Shown here in pieces: positions 27,926 through 38,149 of a stretch of DNA of 64,000 nucleotides (position 1 is the stretch's first letter; each line of letters opens with the position of its first letter). The stretch covers positions 10,048 to 74,047 of the forward strand of contig JAQWKT010000013.1 of NCBI GenBank assembly GCA_029247685.1. The letters run 5' to 3'. The notes beneath the pieces were generated by a model. It had not been told where the DNA came from. It searched no databases and worked only from the letters and a program-made list of their open reading frames with translations. Both the position numbers and the translations under genes were made by a program. This DNA comes from Crocinitomicaceae bacterium. GTDB lineage: Bacteria; Bacteroidota; Bacteroidia; Flavobacteriales_D; Crocinitomicaceae.

Positions 27926-30415
27926 TCAATATCTATAGGCCTGCGTATTGTTTTTTACTTTTGGTCTAAAATCAACTTTGTAATAAAAGATAGGCAAAAA
28001 CCCAAGTTGTTGTTTTTCTGCAATAGGATCGGAAGAATCGTTAGGATCGAGCTTAGGTGCATAAACAAGGCTTAAAAGGTTTCGGTTGTTTGTCACATTA
28101 ACCAAATCTAGACCTATTTCATGTGTCATTTTATTTGCATTCATTCTCCATGAAATTTTAAGGTCTAATCGAAAATAATATTTGAATTGTCTTTCGTTAA
28201 AAGCAGAATCTGTAAAGATAATTTCGTTTAGCGCTTGCGTTTGTGCAACATCTGGATATCCATATCTTTTTCCTCCTGCAACAGTGGATTTTAAGCCCAG
28301 ACCTATAATTTGTTTTTTTCCTACTTTGAATTCTTTTCCAACCAATAGGTTTGCTACATAATTGCCGTTAAAAGAAGTGTTGCGTTCTATGCCATCGCTT
28401 CCAACGTATTTAGATTCATAAAGCGTTCCCGAAAACATAAAAAAGTAAGATTTATCAAAGAATTTTTGAACGGTTAACTCTACGCCATAATTTGTTCCCG
28501 TTCCGGTGTTTTGAAGAGAATCAGGGAAAATACGAGAAAATCCACTCCCCATATTTATTAAAGAAAAAGAGGAAGGGTTAATGGTAACAGGGATGTTATA
28601 CAAATGCTGATAATACGCCTCTGTTCGAACGCTTATTCCTTGTTTTAGAAAGAATTTTTCGTACCCAGCACCTGTATGAATGCTTCGTATAAAATCCATG
28701 TTTTTATTATGGTATATTTTATTTCCATTATTGTCTAATAAATGATACGTATAGGTATAGTTTGGTTGAGTTTGACTATGCATACCAGCACCTGCAAAAA
28801 CAGATTGTCCATTACCAAATCGGTATTTCCACCCGAATCTTGGCTCTGCCACACTAATGCTATTGCTAAGTGAAAAGTATTGACTGTGTATACCTGCCGT
28901 AAAATCCATTTGATCATTGATTCTAAGCTTGTATTGTACAAAAGGCTGTACCAAAATAGATAGCCCGCTATAATCCCATCTTTTTGTAAAAGCGGAGGAA
29001 CTGTTAAATGTTGATCGAATTGAATCGTTTTGACTCATGTACATGCCTTCTGCATTAAACCCTAACTTAAGAATGTTTTTTTTATTTAGTTTGTGTTTTA
29101 TTCCAAGGTGTCCAATGAGTTTTGTTTTCATGAAATCGTATGCCATTAAATTAAAAGAGGAGTCCACAGAGATATTTATTTGTTGAGTTATTATATTTTG
29201 TTGAGTTATTTCATTTATGGTGTCCAGGCTACGGTGTAAATAGATATGATCTGTATGTTGTTCCTCAAATGAAACACCTATGGTTGCCGAAATAAATGTT
29301 TTTTCACTTAGAGGTTTTTTATAGTTTATTCCGCTTACCCCCATGGATGTTCCAAAAAGCTGATCTCTATCGGATTCTCCATATAATTCATCTGTAAGTT
29401 CGGTTTGATCCGAAATAAGAATATCAATTTTACTTTTTCCACCTATGCCAAACCAAGAGATCATGCCTCCGTTTTTAACTTTCCAATTAAATTTAAAAGC
29501 GCCATCTCCATATAAAGGAATAGCATCGGTTCCTATTTTTATACCTATGGCTTGAAAAATGCTTAAGGTAGAATATCTCCCCATTACTAGATAGCTTGAT
29601 TTACCCGATTTTGACATGGGGCCTTCTGCTAAAAACTCGGTGCCTAAAAACCCAAATTGACCAGTAAATTCATGCCGGTTATTGTTTCCATTTCGGAGCC
29701 TTAAATCAAAAACCCCAGAGGTGCTATTTCCATATTCTGCAGGAAAAGCACTCATAAAAAAATCCGAATTACTTAGTATTTTATTGTTTAAAATAGAAAC
29801 AGGGCCACCGGTACTTCCAGAGATGGCAAAATGAGAAGGATTCGGAATATCTATTCCTTCCACTCTCCAAACGACACTTAAAGGAGAATTTCCTCGAATG
29901 ACAATATCGTTTCTAGAGTCATCCGAACCTTGAACTCCTGCAAAATTAGAAGCCATTCTTGCCGGGTCCATCCGAGAACCAGGATATCTATTGGTTTCTT
30001 CTACACTAAACTGTTGCGCTGAAAGCACAGCCATTTCATTTAGCACGGCCCCTTTTCTTCTTGCCGCAATAGTTACCTCTTCTTGTTCCTGAATCATTTC
30101 GGTCATTGGAAGATCAATGATTAACTCTTTCCCTGAAGAAACCTCTATTACTTGCCCTGCCTCATCAAACATGCTTAATTTTGCGGTAAGTTGATGTTTT
30201 CCTATAGGAACATTTTTTATTGTAAAAGATCCGTCTCCCTTTGATGCCGTAATTAATCTAATTGTGCTATCGCCAGTAAAAACTTGAACACGAACTCCAG
30301 TTAACGGAAAATTCGTTTCGCTTTCATAAATGTTTCCTCTAACCGTTTGTAGTGGCTGTGACAATAACAAAAAATAGGAGGTTATAAATAGTATAGATAA
30401 AAGAGAGCTTCTCAT
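27926..30415 (-). CDS. TonB-dependent receptor with N-terminal carboxypeptidase-regulatory-like domain
   Basis: Signal peptide, TVRG.I; plug DPARMASNFAGV…RNDIVIRGNSP…NPSHF, AFPAEYGN; barrel ends YYKVDF; ATG 30415 lies just after a terminator. Confidence 0.9.
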   Translation of the reverse strand: MRSSLLSILFITSYFLLLSQPLQTVRGNIYESETNFPLTGVRVQVFTGDSTIRLITASKGDGSFTIKNVPIGKHQLTAKLSMFDEAGQVIEVSSGKELIIDLPMTEMIQEQEEVTIAARRKGAVLNEMAVLSAQQFSVEETNRYPGSRMDPARMASNFAGVQGSDDSRNDIVIRGNSPLSVVWRVEGIDIPNPSHFAISGSTGGPVSILNNKILSNSDFFMSAFPAEYGNSTSGVFDLRLRNGNNNRHEFTGQFGFLGTEFLAEGPMSKSGKSSYLVMGRYSTLSIFQAIGIKIGTDAIPLYGDGAFKFNWKVKNGGMISWFGIGGKSKIDILISDQTELTDELYGESDRDQLFGTSMGVSGINYKKPLSEKTFISATIGVSFEEQHTDHIYLHRSLDTINEITQQNIITQQINISVDSSFNLMAYDFMKTKLIGHLGIKHKLNKKNILKLGFNAEGMYMSQNDSIRSTFNSSSAFTKRWDYSGLSILVQPFVQYKLRINDQMDFTAGIHSQYFSLSNSISVAEPRFGWKYRFGNGQSVFAGAGMHSQTQPNYTYTYHLLDNNGNKIYHNKNMDFIRSIHTGAGYEKFFLKQGISVRTEAYYQHLYNIPVTINPSSFSLINMGSGFSRIFPDSLQNTGTGTNYGVELTVQKFFDKSYFFMFSGTLYESKYVGSDGIERNTSFNGNYVANLLVGKEFKVGKKQIIGLGLKSTVAGGKRYGYPDVAQTQALNEIIFTDSAFNERQFKYYFRLDLKISWRMNANKMTHEIGLDLVNVTNNRNLLSLVYAPKLDPNDSSDPIAEKQQLGFLPIFYYKVDFRPKVKNNTQAYRY

Positions 30416-30445
30416 AAAAAGAATTTTAATAAAAATAGAAACAAT

Positions 30446-30467
30446 AAAAAAGCCACCAAGAGGTGGC
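30446..30467 (-). terminator. Rho-independent terminator after the full-length hppA frame
   Basis: Minus-strand AGCCACC-TCTT-GGTGGCT followed by TTTTT, about 26 nt after the TAA at 30494. Confidence 0.75.
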
Positions 30468-30493
30468 TCTAATAACATATGATAGTCTAATTG

Positions 30494-32920
30494 TTAAAAA
30501 CTATCTTCTTCAGGTACTTCAATTTCATCATCCGCTTTTTTTGCTCGATCTTTAATTTCGTTCTCAAAGCTATCATTCATTTTTGAATCTGATGAATTGA
30601 AAGAAGAAAAGTGATATGGAGTTGGGAAAAACTCTTTTGTTACAGTAATAACAGAGTCTTGGTTGTAAACCTTTGCCGGGTATTTATCTAAAACATGTTT
30701 CTCCGACTCTGCATTCCAAGGAGAACCTTTTTTATCCCACTGTCCATGACTATCCCCTAAAATAGGAGCAATAACTAATCCAATTAAACAGGTTAGTTTA
30801 ATAAGAATGTTCATAGAAGGTCCGGAAGTATCCTTAAATGGATCTCCAACGGTGTCTCCAGTAACGGCTGCTTTATGAGCATCAGAACCTTTGTAGGTCA
30901 TTTCCCCATTTATTTCAACTCATGCTTCAAAAGATTTTTTAGCATTATCCCATGCACCACCAGCATTGTTTTGGAAGATAGCCCAAAGAACTCCACTTAC
31001 CGTAACACCAGCCATATACCCTCCAAGCATTTCAGCAATAATCATGTTGTTTTCAGGGTAAATTATTTTCCCAATTAACACAATAGCAATAGGAAATCCA
31101 ATGGTTAATAATCCTGGTAAAAGCATTTGCTTTAAAGAAGCTTTTGTAGAAATATCTACACACTTGTCGTATTCAGGTTTTCCTGTTCCTTCCATGATTC
31201 CAGGAATTTCTTTGAATTGTCTTCTTACTTCATAAACCATTTCCATTGCCGCTTTTCCAACAGCATTCATGGCCAATGCAGAAAAAACAACAGGAACCAT
31301 CCCACCAATAAATAGCATGGCTAAAACTGGTGCTTTAAAAATGTTTATTCCATCAATTCCGGTAAAAGTTACATAGGCAGCAAATAAAGCCAAAGAGGTT
31401 AAAGCTGCGGATGCAATAGCAAATCCTTTTCCTGTTGCAGCAGTAGTGTTACCAACAGAATCAAGGATGTCTGTTCTTGTTCTAACGATTGGTTCTTGTT
31501 CACTCATTTCTGCAATACCTCCTGCATTATCTGAAATAGGTCCAAATGCATCAATAGCCAATTGCATTGCGGTTGTTGCCATCATGGCAGAAGCAGCTAA
31601 AGCAACGCCATAAAACCCTGCAAAAGCATAAGAAGCCCAAATAGCAAAAGCAAACAATAAAACCGAAGAAAAGGTAGAAATCATTCCGGTAGCCAATCCA
31701 GCAATAATGTTTGTTCCAGCGCCAGTGGAAGACTGTTGAACGATTTTTAAGATTGGTTTTTTACCCAATCCAGTATAATATTCGGTAAAAGAAGAAATAG
31801 CAGCACCAACCACCAAACCAACAAGAGTAGCATAAAAAACACTCATAGAAGAAACCTCTTTAAGTCCTTCGCCAAAGAAAGTCATGTTCATAGTAGGTGG
31901 CAACATCCATTTAACCAATCCAAAACAAGCAACAGCAACCAAGATAATAGAAGTCCAGTTTCCAATATTTAAGGCTTTTTGTACTTCTGCCTCTTTTGCA
32001 TCATTAGATTTTATTTTGACTAATAAAGTTCCGATTATAGAAATTATAATCCCAACACCTGCAATTGCCATAGGTAAAAGAATTGGTCCAATCCCACCAA
32101 ACGCATCTTTAATCGATCCCCCCATGTCTTCAATAACATAATTACCTAAAACCATAGCAGCCAATACCGTTGCAACATAAGATCCAAACAAATCTGCACC
32201 CATTCCAGCAACATCTCCCACGTTGTCTCCTACATTGTCAGCAATAGTAGCTGGATTTCTTGGGTCATCTTCTGGAATTCCAGCCTCTACTTTTCCAACT
32301 AAATCAGCACCAACATCTGCTGCTTTTGTATAAATTCCACCACCAACTCTTGCAAATAAAGCAATAGACTCAGCTCCTAAAGAGAAACCTGCTAATGTTT
32401 CAAGAACAATAGTCATGTCATGCGTTGATGTCCATACGCCATTCATGAAATAATGGAAAAACAAAATAAAGAAAGCCGTTAATCCAAGAACCGCTAATCC
32501 AGCAACTCCAAGACCCATAACAGTTCCACCTCCAAATGCAACTTTTAGAGCATTTGGCAAACTTGTTTTAGCCGCTTGAGTGGTTCTAACATTAGTTTTG
32601 GTTGCTATTTTCATCCCCATGTTCCCCGCTAAAGCAGAAAAAATAGCACCGATAATAAATGCCACAATAATTAAATAGTGGGTTGTAGGAACGAGATAAG
32701 CGATTCCTGCTAGCAATAAACTTGCTCCAATCACAAACATTGTTAAAAGTCTATATTCGGCTTTCAAAAAAGCCAAAGCACCTTCATAAATATGGTCTGA
32801 AATTTCTTTCATTTTGCCGTCTCCGGCATCTTGCTTCATTACTTGAGCTTTCTTTATAAGCATGTAGATAAGGCCAAATAATGACAGTATAATAGGTAAA
32901 TAAATAGCGATAGATTCCAT
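30494..32920 (-). pseudogene. hppA: Membrane-bound ion-translocating pyrophosphatase (K+-dependent type) interrupted by one in-frame TGA at 30920-30922
   Basis: GGGIYTKAADVGADLVGKVE, EDDPRN, DNVGDNVGD, GNTTAA; ORFs 30920-32920 and 30494-30901 share one frame: [45 protein letters not shown]. Confidence 0.9.
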
Positions 32921-32965
32921 TTTTCTTTATTAAAGATTAATTAATTTCTTTTTTTTATAAGCCTG

Positions 32966-32973
32966 CAAAGATA
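32966..32973 (-). promoter_or_regulatory. -7 promoter element TATCTTTG for hppA
   Basis: TAnnTTTG match 45 nt upstream of the ATG. Confidence 0.5.
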
Positions 32974-33074
32974 ACTTTTTATGTTAAAGTTTGCAAGAGT
33001 TTAATAACCCTTGCTTAAAAACAAAGCGTAAAGATTTAGTTTTGATTATTTTTGACAAAATAAAAATAAAGTAA

Positions 33075-34061
33075 ATGCTTAAATTGATAGAAGATTTTCC
33101 TAGTCATATTATGGAAGGAATTCAAATTGCTAATGACTCAATCTTAACAAAGTCCTCTAATGAAATTAAGGATGTTGTTTTGTGTGGAATGGGAGGTTCT
33201 GGAATTGGAGCAAAAATAGTTTCGGATGTTCTACTTCAAGAAACGAGTTGTTCAATAACTACCGTAAATGACTATTTCCTTCCTGGTTTTGTTTCCAAAA
33301 ACACTTTAGTTGTTGCGTCTTCTTATTCTGGAAACACAGAAGAAACTTTACAATGTTTAGAAGAAGCAGCAAAAAAGGGAGCTAAAATTGTTTGCATATG
33401 TAGTGGAGGTAAAATGCAGCAGTTTTGTAAACAAAACGATTATAATGTAATAATAGTTCCAGGGGGAAGACCTCCAAGAAGCGCTTTAGCATATTCGATG
33501 GTGCAGATTATTCATGTTTTATTTTTTAACAAGATTATTACCTCAGATAAAAGCCACGAACTTCAAGAATCGATAGACCTTTTAAAGTCAGATATCTCTC
33601 AAATTAAGATTAAGGCACAAAAGTTATCTGAGTTTTTGTTTAAAAAAGTAGGCGTGTTTTATTCAGAGACTAAATTTGATGGTGTTTTGGTTAGAGCAAG
33701 GCAGCAGGTTAATGAAAATTCAAAGTTTTTAGCTTGGCACCACGTAATACCAGAGATGAATCATAATGAATTAGTTGGATGGGGAGGAGGAGATACCCGT
33801 TTTGCGCCTGTTTTTTTTGAAACAGAAGATGTATATAAAAGAAATGTTACTCGATTAGAAATAAGCAAATCTGCAATAAAAAAAATGGCAGAAGAAATAC
33901 ATGTGGTTAAATCAAAAGGCAACAGTTTATTGTCAAAAACAATGTATTTTATTCATTTAATAGATTGGACTTCTTATTATTTATGCGAACTAAATAAGGT
34001 CGATATTTTGGATATTTCAATAATAGATCATCTTAAATCCGAATTATCAAAGCTTAAGTAA
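33075..34061 (+). CDS. Bifunctional phosphoglucose/phosphomannose isomerase
   Basis: GMGGSGIG, SSYSGNTEET, PPRSA, Q.NENSK, PEMNHNE. Confidence 0.92.
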   Translation: MLKLIEDFPSHIMEGIQIANDSILTKSSNEIKDVVLCGMGGSGIGAKIVSDVLLQETSCSITTVNDYFLPGFVSKNTLVVASSYSGNTEETLQCLEEAAKKGAKIVCICSGGKMQQFCKQNDYNVIIVPGGRPPRSALAYSMVQIIHVLFFNKIITSDKSHELQESIDLLKSDISQIKIKAQKLSEFLFKKVGVFYSETKFDGVLVRARQQVNENSKFLAWHHVIPEMNHNELVGWGGGDTRFAPVFFETEDVYKRNVTRLEISKSAIKKMAEEIHVVKSKGNSLLSKTMYFIHLIDWTSYYLCELNKVDILDISIIDHLKSELSKLK

Positions 34062-34768
34062 TGAAACCAAAGGTTTATTGTCATTATCTTGATAAGATTG
34101 ATTATAAAAAAGGCTGTGAATACCAAGAGGTACTTTTTAACGAAGCGATTAGCAGAAAAAAAACAAGAAGAACAGAGGGAAGTGGTCCTCTTCCCGAAAA
34201 CCATTTAATTTTCTGTGAACATCCTCATGTATACACTTTAGGAAAAAGTGGAGACAGGGAAAACCTATTGATAGATAATGATGCACTAAAAGAAAAAGAG
34301 GCGGTTTTTTATAAAACAAACAGGGGGGGGGACATTACTTATCATGGTCCGGGTCAATTAGTGGTATACCCCATTTTTGATTTAGAACAATTCTTTACCG
34401 ACATTCATAAATACATGCGTTTTTTAGAAGAGTCGGTTATAAAAACATTAGAGGTTTATAATATAAAAGGGGAGAGAAGTCAAGGGTTAACTGGTGTTTG
34501 GATTCAACCTCAAGAACCTCACGCAAGAAAGATTTGTGCAATGGGAGTAAAAAGTTCTAGATGGGTAACAATGCACGGTATAGGGTTTAATATTCACCCA
34601 AATTTATCTTATTTTGAAAACATAATTCCTTGTGGAATTACTGATAAAAACGTAACTTCACTTTCGCAAGAGTTAGATAAAGAAATCACCACCAAAGAAG
34701 TAATTCCTGTTTTTTTAGAAAACATGGCGGAGCAGTTTAACTTTAAACCGATAACATTTAATAAATGA
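34061..34768 (+). CDS. lipB: Lipoyl(octanoyl) transferase
   Basis: EHPHVYTLG, RGGDITYHGPGQ, KICAMG, HGIGFN, IIPCGI. Confidence 0.96.
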   Translation: MKPKVYCHYLDKIDYKKGCEYQEVLFNEAISRKKTRRTEGSGPLPENHLIFCEHPHVYTLGKSGDRENLLIDNDALKEKEAVFYKTNRGGDITYHGPGQLVVYPIFDLEQFFTDIHKYMRFLEESVIKTLEVYNIKGERSQGLTGVWIQPQEPHARKICAMGVKSSRWVTMHGIGFNIHPNLSYFENIIPCGITDKNVTSLSQELDKEITTKEVIPVFLENMAEQFNFKPITFNK

Positions 34769-35970
34769 AAAAAATAAAAAAAGGACTTAAAATCTTTGGG
34801 TTTGTGATACTGGGCTTGTTTTTATTTTTAAATTTATTAATCGTTATATCAGGAAAATTCTATCTATATAGCGGTATAGCAAAAACATATTTAAGAGGAA
34901 AGTCGGGACCGACTATATATGATTTAGAGCTTTTTGAATACAATACCGTTAAAAAGTCCACCAAGCCATACGTTTGGAAAAACCACAAAAACAAAAACAA
35001 ATATTCCCTTAACAATAACGATTTAGCATATAATGAAAAGATAAAAACAAGAGCGTTTTTAGTATTTAGATCGGACACTATGTTGTATGAAAAGTATTGG
35101 AGTCCCCATAGTTTAAAGACTGTTTCCAATTCTTTTTCTGCTGCAAAGTCTGTTATTTCTATGTTGATAGGAATTGCTATAGAGGAAGGTAAAATAAAAA
35201 GCATAGAAGAACCAGCCTCAAATTATTTACCTGAATATAAGAAACGTGGCAGAGAAAAAATAACAATAAAAGATTTGTTGCTAATGGCTTCTGGTCTTGA
35301 TTGGAATGAAAGTGGCAAAAACCCATTATCTCATAATGCCGAGGGGTATTATGGTTACGATTTAAAAGGATTGATTTCAAGGTTGAATTTGGTTGAAAAA
35401 CCAGGGCAAAAGTTTGACTACCAAAGTGGAAACACACAGATTTTGGGCTTCATATTAGAGAAGGCTACAGGTAAAACCGTTACCTCTTATATGAAAGAAA
35501 AGATATGGAATCCATTGGGAGCAGGAAGTGATGCTTTTTGGAGTCTTGACAAAGAAGGTGGAGATGAAAAAGCGTTTTGTTGTTTGTATGCCACCGCAAG
35601 AGACTTTGCTTTATTAGGCAGGATTTTAATAAACAAGGGAAAGGTTGATGGGCATCAAATTGTTCCAGAGTGGTATATGGAAGAATTAATAAAAACGCCA
35701 TCCATTCAGACCTCTGAAGGAATTCCAAATAGACGATATGGTCTTCATACATGGGTTTATTACAACAAGGGGAACCCAGTTTATTATTGTCGTGGTTTAT
35801 TAGGTCAATATGTAATGGCGATACCCTCTAAAGATTTAATAATTGTTCGCTTGGGAGAAAAAAGAGATAAAAAAGTCGAAAAAACAACGGATAAAGACAA
35901 GGTCGGTCATACAGAAGACTTGTTTTATTTTATAAATCTTGCATCCAAAATTGCCTCTAAAATACAATGA
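34765..35970 (+). CDS. Serine hydrolase, beta-lactamase class C/AmpC-like family
   Basis: SFSAAKS (SxxK), LLLMASGL, F.YQSG, TARDFA..G; N-terminal TM anchor. Confidence 0.9.
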   Translation: MKKIKKGLKIFGFVILGLFLFLNLLIVISGKFYLYSGIAKTYLRGKSGPTIYDLELFEYNTVKKSTKPYVWKNHKNKNKYSLNNNDLAYNEKIKTRAFLVFRSDTMLYEKYWSPHSLKTVSNSFSAAKSVISMLIGIAIEEGKIKSIEEPASNYLPEYKKRGREKITIKDLLLMASGLDWNESGKNPLSHNAEGYYGYDLKGLISRLNLVEKPGQKFDYQSGNTQILGFILEKATGKTVTSYMKEKIWNPLGAGSDAFWSLDKEGGDEKAFCCLYATARDFALLGRILINKGKVDGHQIVPEWYMEELIKTPSIQTSEGIPNRRYGLHTWVYYNKGNPVYYCRGLLGQYVMAIPSKDLIIVRLGEKRDKKVEKTTDKDKVGHTEDLFYFINLASKIASKIQ

Positions 35971-36377
35971 GAAAAGAGTTATTAGGGCCAAAGGTTGAAA
36001 ATGTTGGATTGGCAATTGCACAGGAAAAAAACAATTTAGGAGAGAAAGTATACTATGTTTACTTGATTAATCTTAGAGAAGACATTATGGAAGGGATTAT
36101 CGTTTGTAGCAAAGGCTATGGAGAAGACCCGAATCTTGGTGAGCCCATAAAAACTTCTATGTTAAGACATAGTTTAGAGGTTTTACTTCCAAACGAAGCC
36201 GCAAAAATAGAGCCGATAATGGAGGCTGTTTTTTCATTGTATAATGAATATTGGGTTACTTTTTGGGTTAATGATACCATGTATGACAAAAAGTTCATCT
36301 TTCCCCCAGAAATGATATACGAGTCCAATTTTAAATATTTAGAGATAATTAATAAAAAAGCAATAATGCTTCAATAG
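35967..36377 (+). CDS. Conserved hypothetical protein (Bacteroidota)
   Basis: VYLIN…SKGYG…KTS.LRH…KIEPI…NEYWV.F…DKKFIF pattern; operonic ATGA overlap. Confidence 0.75.
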   Translation: MRKELLGPKVENVGLAIAQEKNNLGEKVYYVYLINLREDIMEGIIVCSKGYGEDPNLGEPIKTSMLRHSLEVLLPNEAAKIEPIMEAVFSLYNEYWVTFWVNDTMYDKKFIFPPEMIYESNFKYLEIINKKAIMLQ

Positions 36378-36506
36378 CATTTATATTTTTTAATTGAAAA
36401 AAAGCTTTTTTAAAAGAAAAAACCTCAAATAGAGATACTCAAAATGTTGTTAATAAAACGGCATTAAATATTATGTTTCTTTTGTTTTTAAAAGAAACTT
36501 TATTTA

Positions 36507-36514
36507 TAGTTTTG
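36507..36514 (+). promoter_or_regulatory. -7 promoter element TAGTTTTG
   Basis: TAnnTTTG match, with TTTG at 36481-36484, upstream of the OMP gene. Confidence 0.5.
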
Positions 36515-36551
36515 CGTATCAAATCAATATAAAAATTTAAATATTTGAATT

Positions 36552-37169
36552 ATGAAAAAAATAATACTTTTTGCAGCTCTAATGATTGGAGCAAATAATG
36601 TTTCAGCTCAAGCGCTATCTCAAGGAACCATTCTTGTAGATGCATATTATGGATTTCCAAATCTGTACAAAACGATTTTAAGCACAGCTTATGCTGACTT
36701 AGGAGACAATTATAACGTTACAGGATACGGTCCTGTTGGAGTTAGGGGCGAGTACTTAATGTCAGAAAAAATAGGTATAGGAATTGATTTTGGAATGAAT
36801 TCTTTAGGTGTTTCTTATGATTATACTGGATCCACAATGGATACAGCAACCCAGGCTTATCCTAGTTATACGGATGAAATCAGCACCACGAAAATAGGTG
36901 TTATGGTAACCCTTAATTATCATATTGTTAATACGGACAAAGTAGATTTTTATTTTATTGCAGGAGCCGGATACAAAAACAGAAGTTGGAAATATGAATC
37001 TACCGATCCAGATTATGAATCAACAACAGTAAGTGGGACTTTAATCCCTGTTGCGGCAAGAATAGGTATTGGTACTAGATTTTGGTTTACTGATAATATC
37101 GGAGCAAATGTAGATTTAGGATTTGGACACAGCGGATTGTTAAACGCTGGACTTTCTTTTAAGTTCTAA
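36552..37169 (+). CDS. Outer-membrane beta-barrel protein (8-stranded OmpA/OmpW-like)
   Basis: Signal peptide VSA-Q, amphipathic strands, C-terminal GLSFKF. Confidence 0.85.
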   Translation: MKKIILFAALMIGANNVSAQALSQGTILVDAYYGFPNLYKTILSTAYADLGDNYNVTGYGPVGVRGEYLMSEKIGIGIDFGMNSLGVSYDYTGSTMDTATQAYPSYTDEISTTKIGVMVTLNYHIVNTDKVDFYFIAGAGYKNRSWKYESTDPDYESTTVSGTLIPVAARIGIGTRFWFTDNIGANVDLGFGHSGLLNAGLSFKF

Positions 37170-37190
37170 TATTTACTATAACAATTTAAT

Positions 37191-37216
37191 AAAGCCGGAT
37201 TCGTCCGGCTTTTTTT
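37191..37216 (+). terminator. Rho-independent terminator
   Basis: AAAGCCGGA-TTCG-TCCGGCTTT hairpin followed by a T run. Confidence 0.9.
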
Positions 37217-37279
37217 GTACGATTTAGTTTTTTGGCACAAATCTTGAAATGTATTGAATATACCTAAAAACTTAAAACG

Positions 37280-37600
37280 ATGAAAAACGCTAAAAACACC
37301 ATTAAAAACACTCGGGTTCTAGATTACCTAGTTGCTTTAATTTTAATTCTAACTCTTTTTGGATTATTTCCAGAGTATTATCAAAAAACCAAGCCAACAC
37401 TTCTTATTGTAAGTGCTCTTGTTATTTTTGAATCGATAAAATTCACATCTATGATTTTTCGATATTTCTTTATAAAGAGGTACTTTAAAAAGGCAAAAAA
37501 TCAGCCTTTAATCTCGGAATATATTCCAGCAGATTTTGGGGCACATATCTCAAGTATTCAAAAAGAATATAACATGCAAATTAGAGGGCACTATCATTAA
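37280..37600 (+). CDS. Small hypothetical membrane protein (2 TM)
   Basis: 106 aa ORF with two hydrophobic segments and an A-rich leader. Confidence 0.55.
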   Translation: MKNAKNTIKNTRVLDYLVALILILTLFGLFPEYYQKTKPTLLIVSALVIFESIKFTSMIFRYFFIKRYFKKAKNQPLISEYIPADFGAHISSIQKEYNMQIRGHYH

Positions 37601-37611
37601 GAGTGCCCTTT
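37585..37611. terminator. Putative hairpin/terminator between convergent genes
   Basis: AGGGCACT-(9 nt)-AGTGCCCT inverted repeat spanning the 37600 stop. Confidence 0.5.
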
Positions 37612-37637
37612 AATTAGAAAAATAAAATTGCTTTTAT

Positions 37638-37967
37638 TTAACCCTTAGGGTCTGCCCCATATTTATTTTCCCCTTTTTCTCCGTCAGTAAGAGCAAGGAT
37701 TAAATTATAAATAGGAATCAATAGAAACCATCCACTTTTACCAACATCATGCATTCTTCTAACTCCAACGGCAATTGAAGGGATAATAACGAATAAAGAA
37801 TAAATTGTTCCAAGTAAGCCAAAGGAGATTATTCCTCCAACAAAACCTAAAACAAAAGAGATAATTGCATTAAAAAGTACAAAGTACCAGTATTCGCTTC
37901 TTCTCGCTCTACCATTAAATGTTGCGTAATTTTTTAAAACATGTATGTAGTAATTAAACTGTTCCAT
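37638..37967 (-). CDS. DUF805 domain inner-membrane protein
   Basis: YATFNGRARRSEYWYF, IAVGVRRMHDVGKSGW, N.YG.DP. Confidence 0.95.
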   Translation of the reverse strand: MEQFNYYIHVLKNYATFNGRARRSEYWYFVLFNAIISFVLGFVGGIISFGLLGTIYSLFVIIPSIAVGVRRMHDVGKSGWFLLIPIYNLILALTDGEKGENKYGADPKG

Positions 37968-37981
37968 AATAATTGGATTTT

Positions 37982-38015
37982 AACCCTACTCGTATGGCTT
38001 TTCGGTTTCGCCTCG
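37982..38015 (-). ncRNA. Candidate cis-regulatory structured RNA (DUF805/DUF805b-like motif)
   Basis: GC-rich island CGAGGCGAAACCGAAAAGCCATACGAGTAGGGTT in an AT-rich leader, ending 14 nt before the DUF805 ATG; GGC/GCC stem plus loop AACC able to pair with downstream GGTT. Confidence 0.6.
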
Positions 38016-38104
38016 TTTTTAAATTGGTGTCTGAGCTCCAAATTAGATATAATAAAAATACATTATTTTATTTAAATAATAACGACAGATTAATTTATAG
38101 ATAA

Positions 38105-38149
38105 AAAAAGCTTAAAAAGCTTAAAAAGCTTAAAAAGCTTAAAAAGCTT
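38105..38149. repeat. Perfect tandem repeat (AAAAAGCTT)x5
   Basis: Five exact 9-bp units overlapping the 3' end of the deaminase gene. Confidence 0.95.

Noticed and set aside
30416..30478. Extended N-terminus of the TonB-dependent receptor from ATG 30478
   Set aside because: It would translate through the hppA terminator hairpin; ATG 30415 gives a normal signal peptide.
30890..30922. Selenocysteine insertion at the in-frame TGA codons (also 55018-55020)
   Set aside because: The positions correspond to Gly in loops rather than catalytic Cys, and no SECIS-like hairpin is apparent directly downstream.
34765..35970. Antibiotic-resistance beta-lactamase
   Set aside because: Membrane-anchored AmpC-fold serine hydrolase in a housekeeping operon; the motifs fit the broad esterase/amidase group and do not indicate resistance.
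38105..38149. CRISPR array
   Set aside because: 9-bp units are directly adjacent with no spacers, and there are no cas genes.
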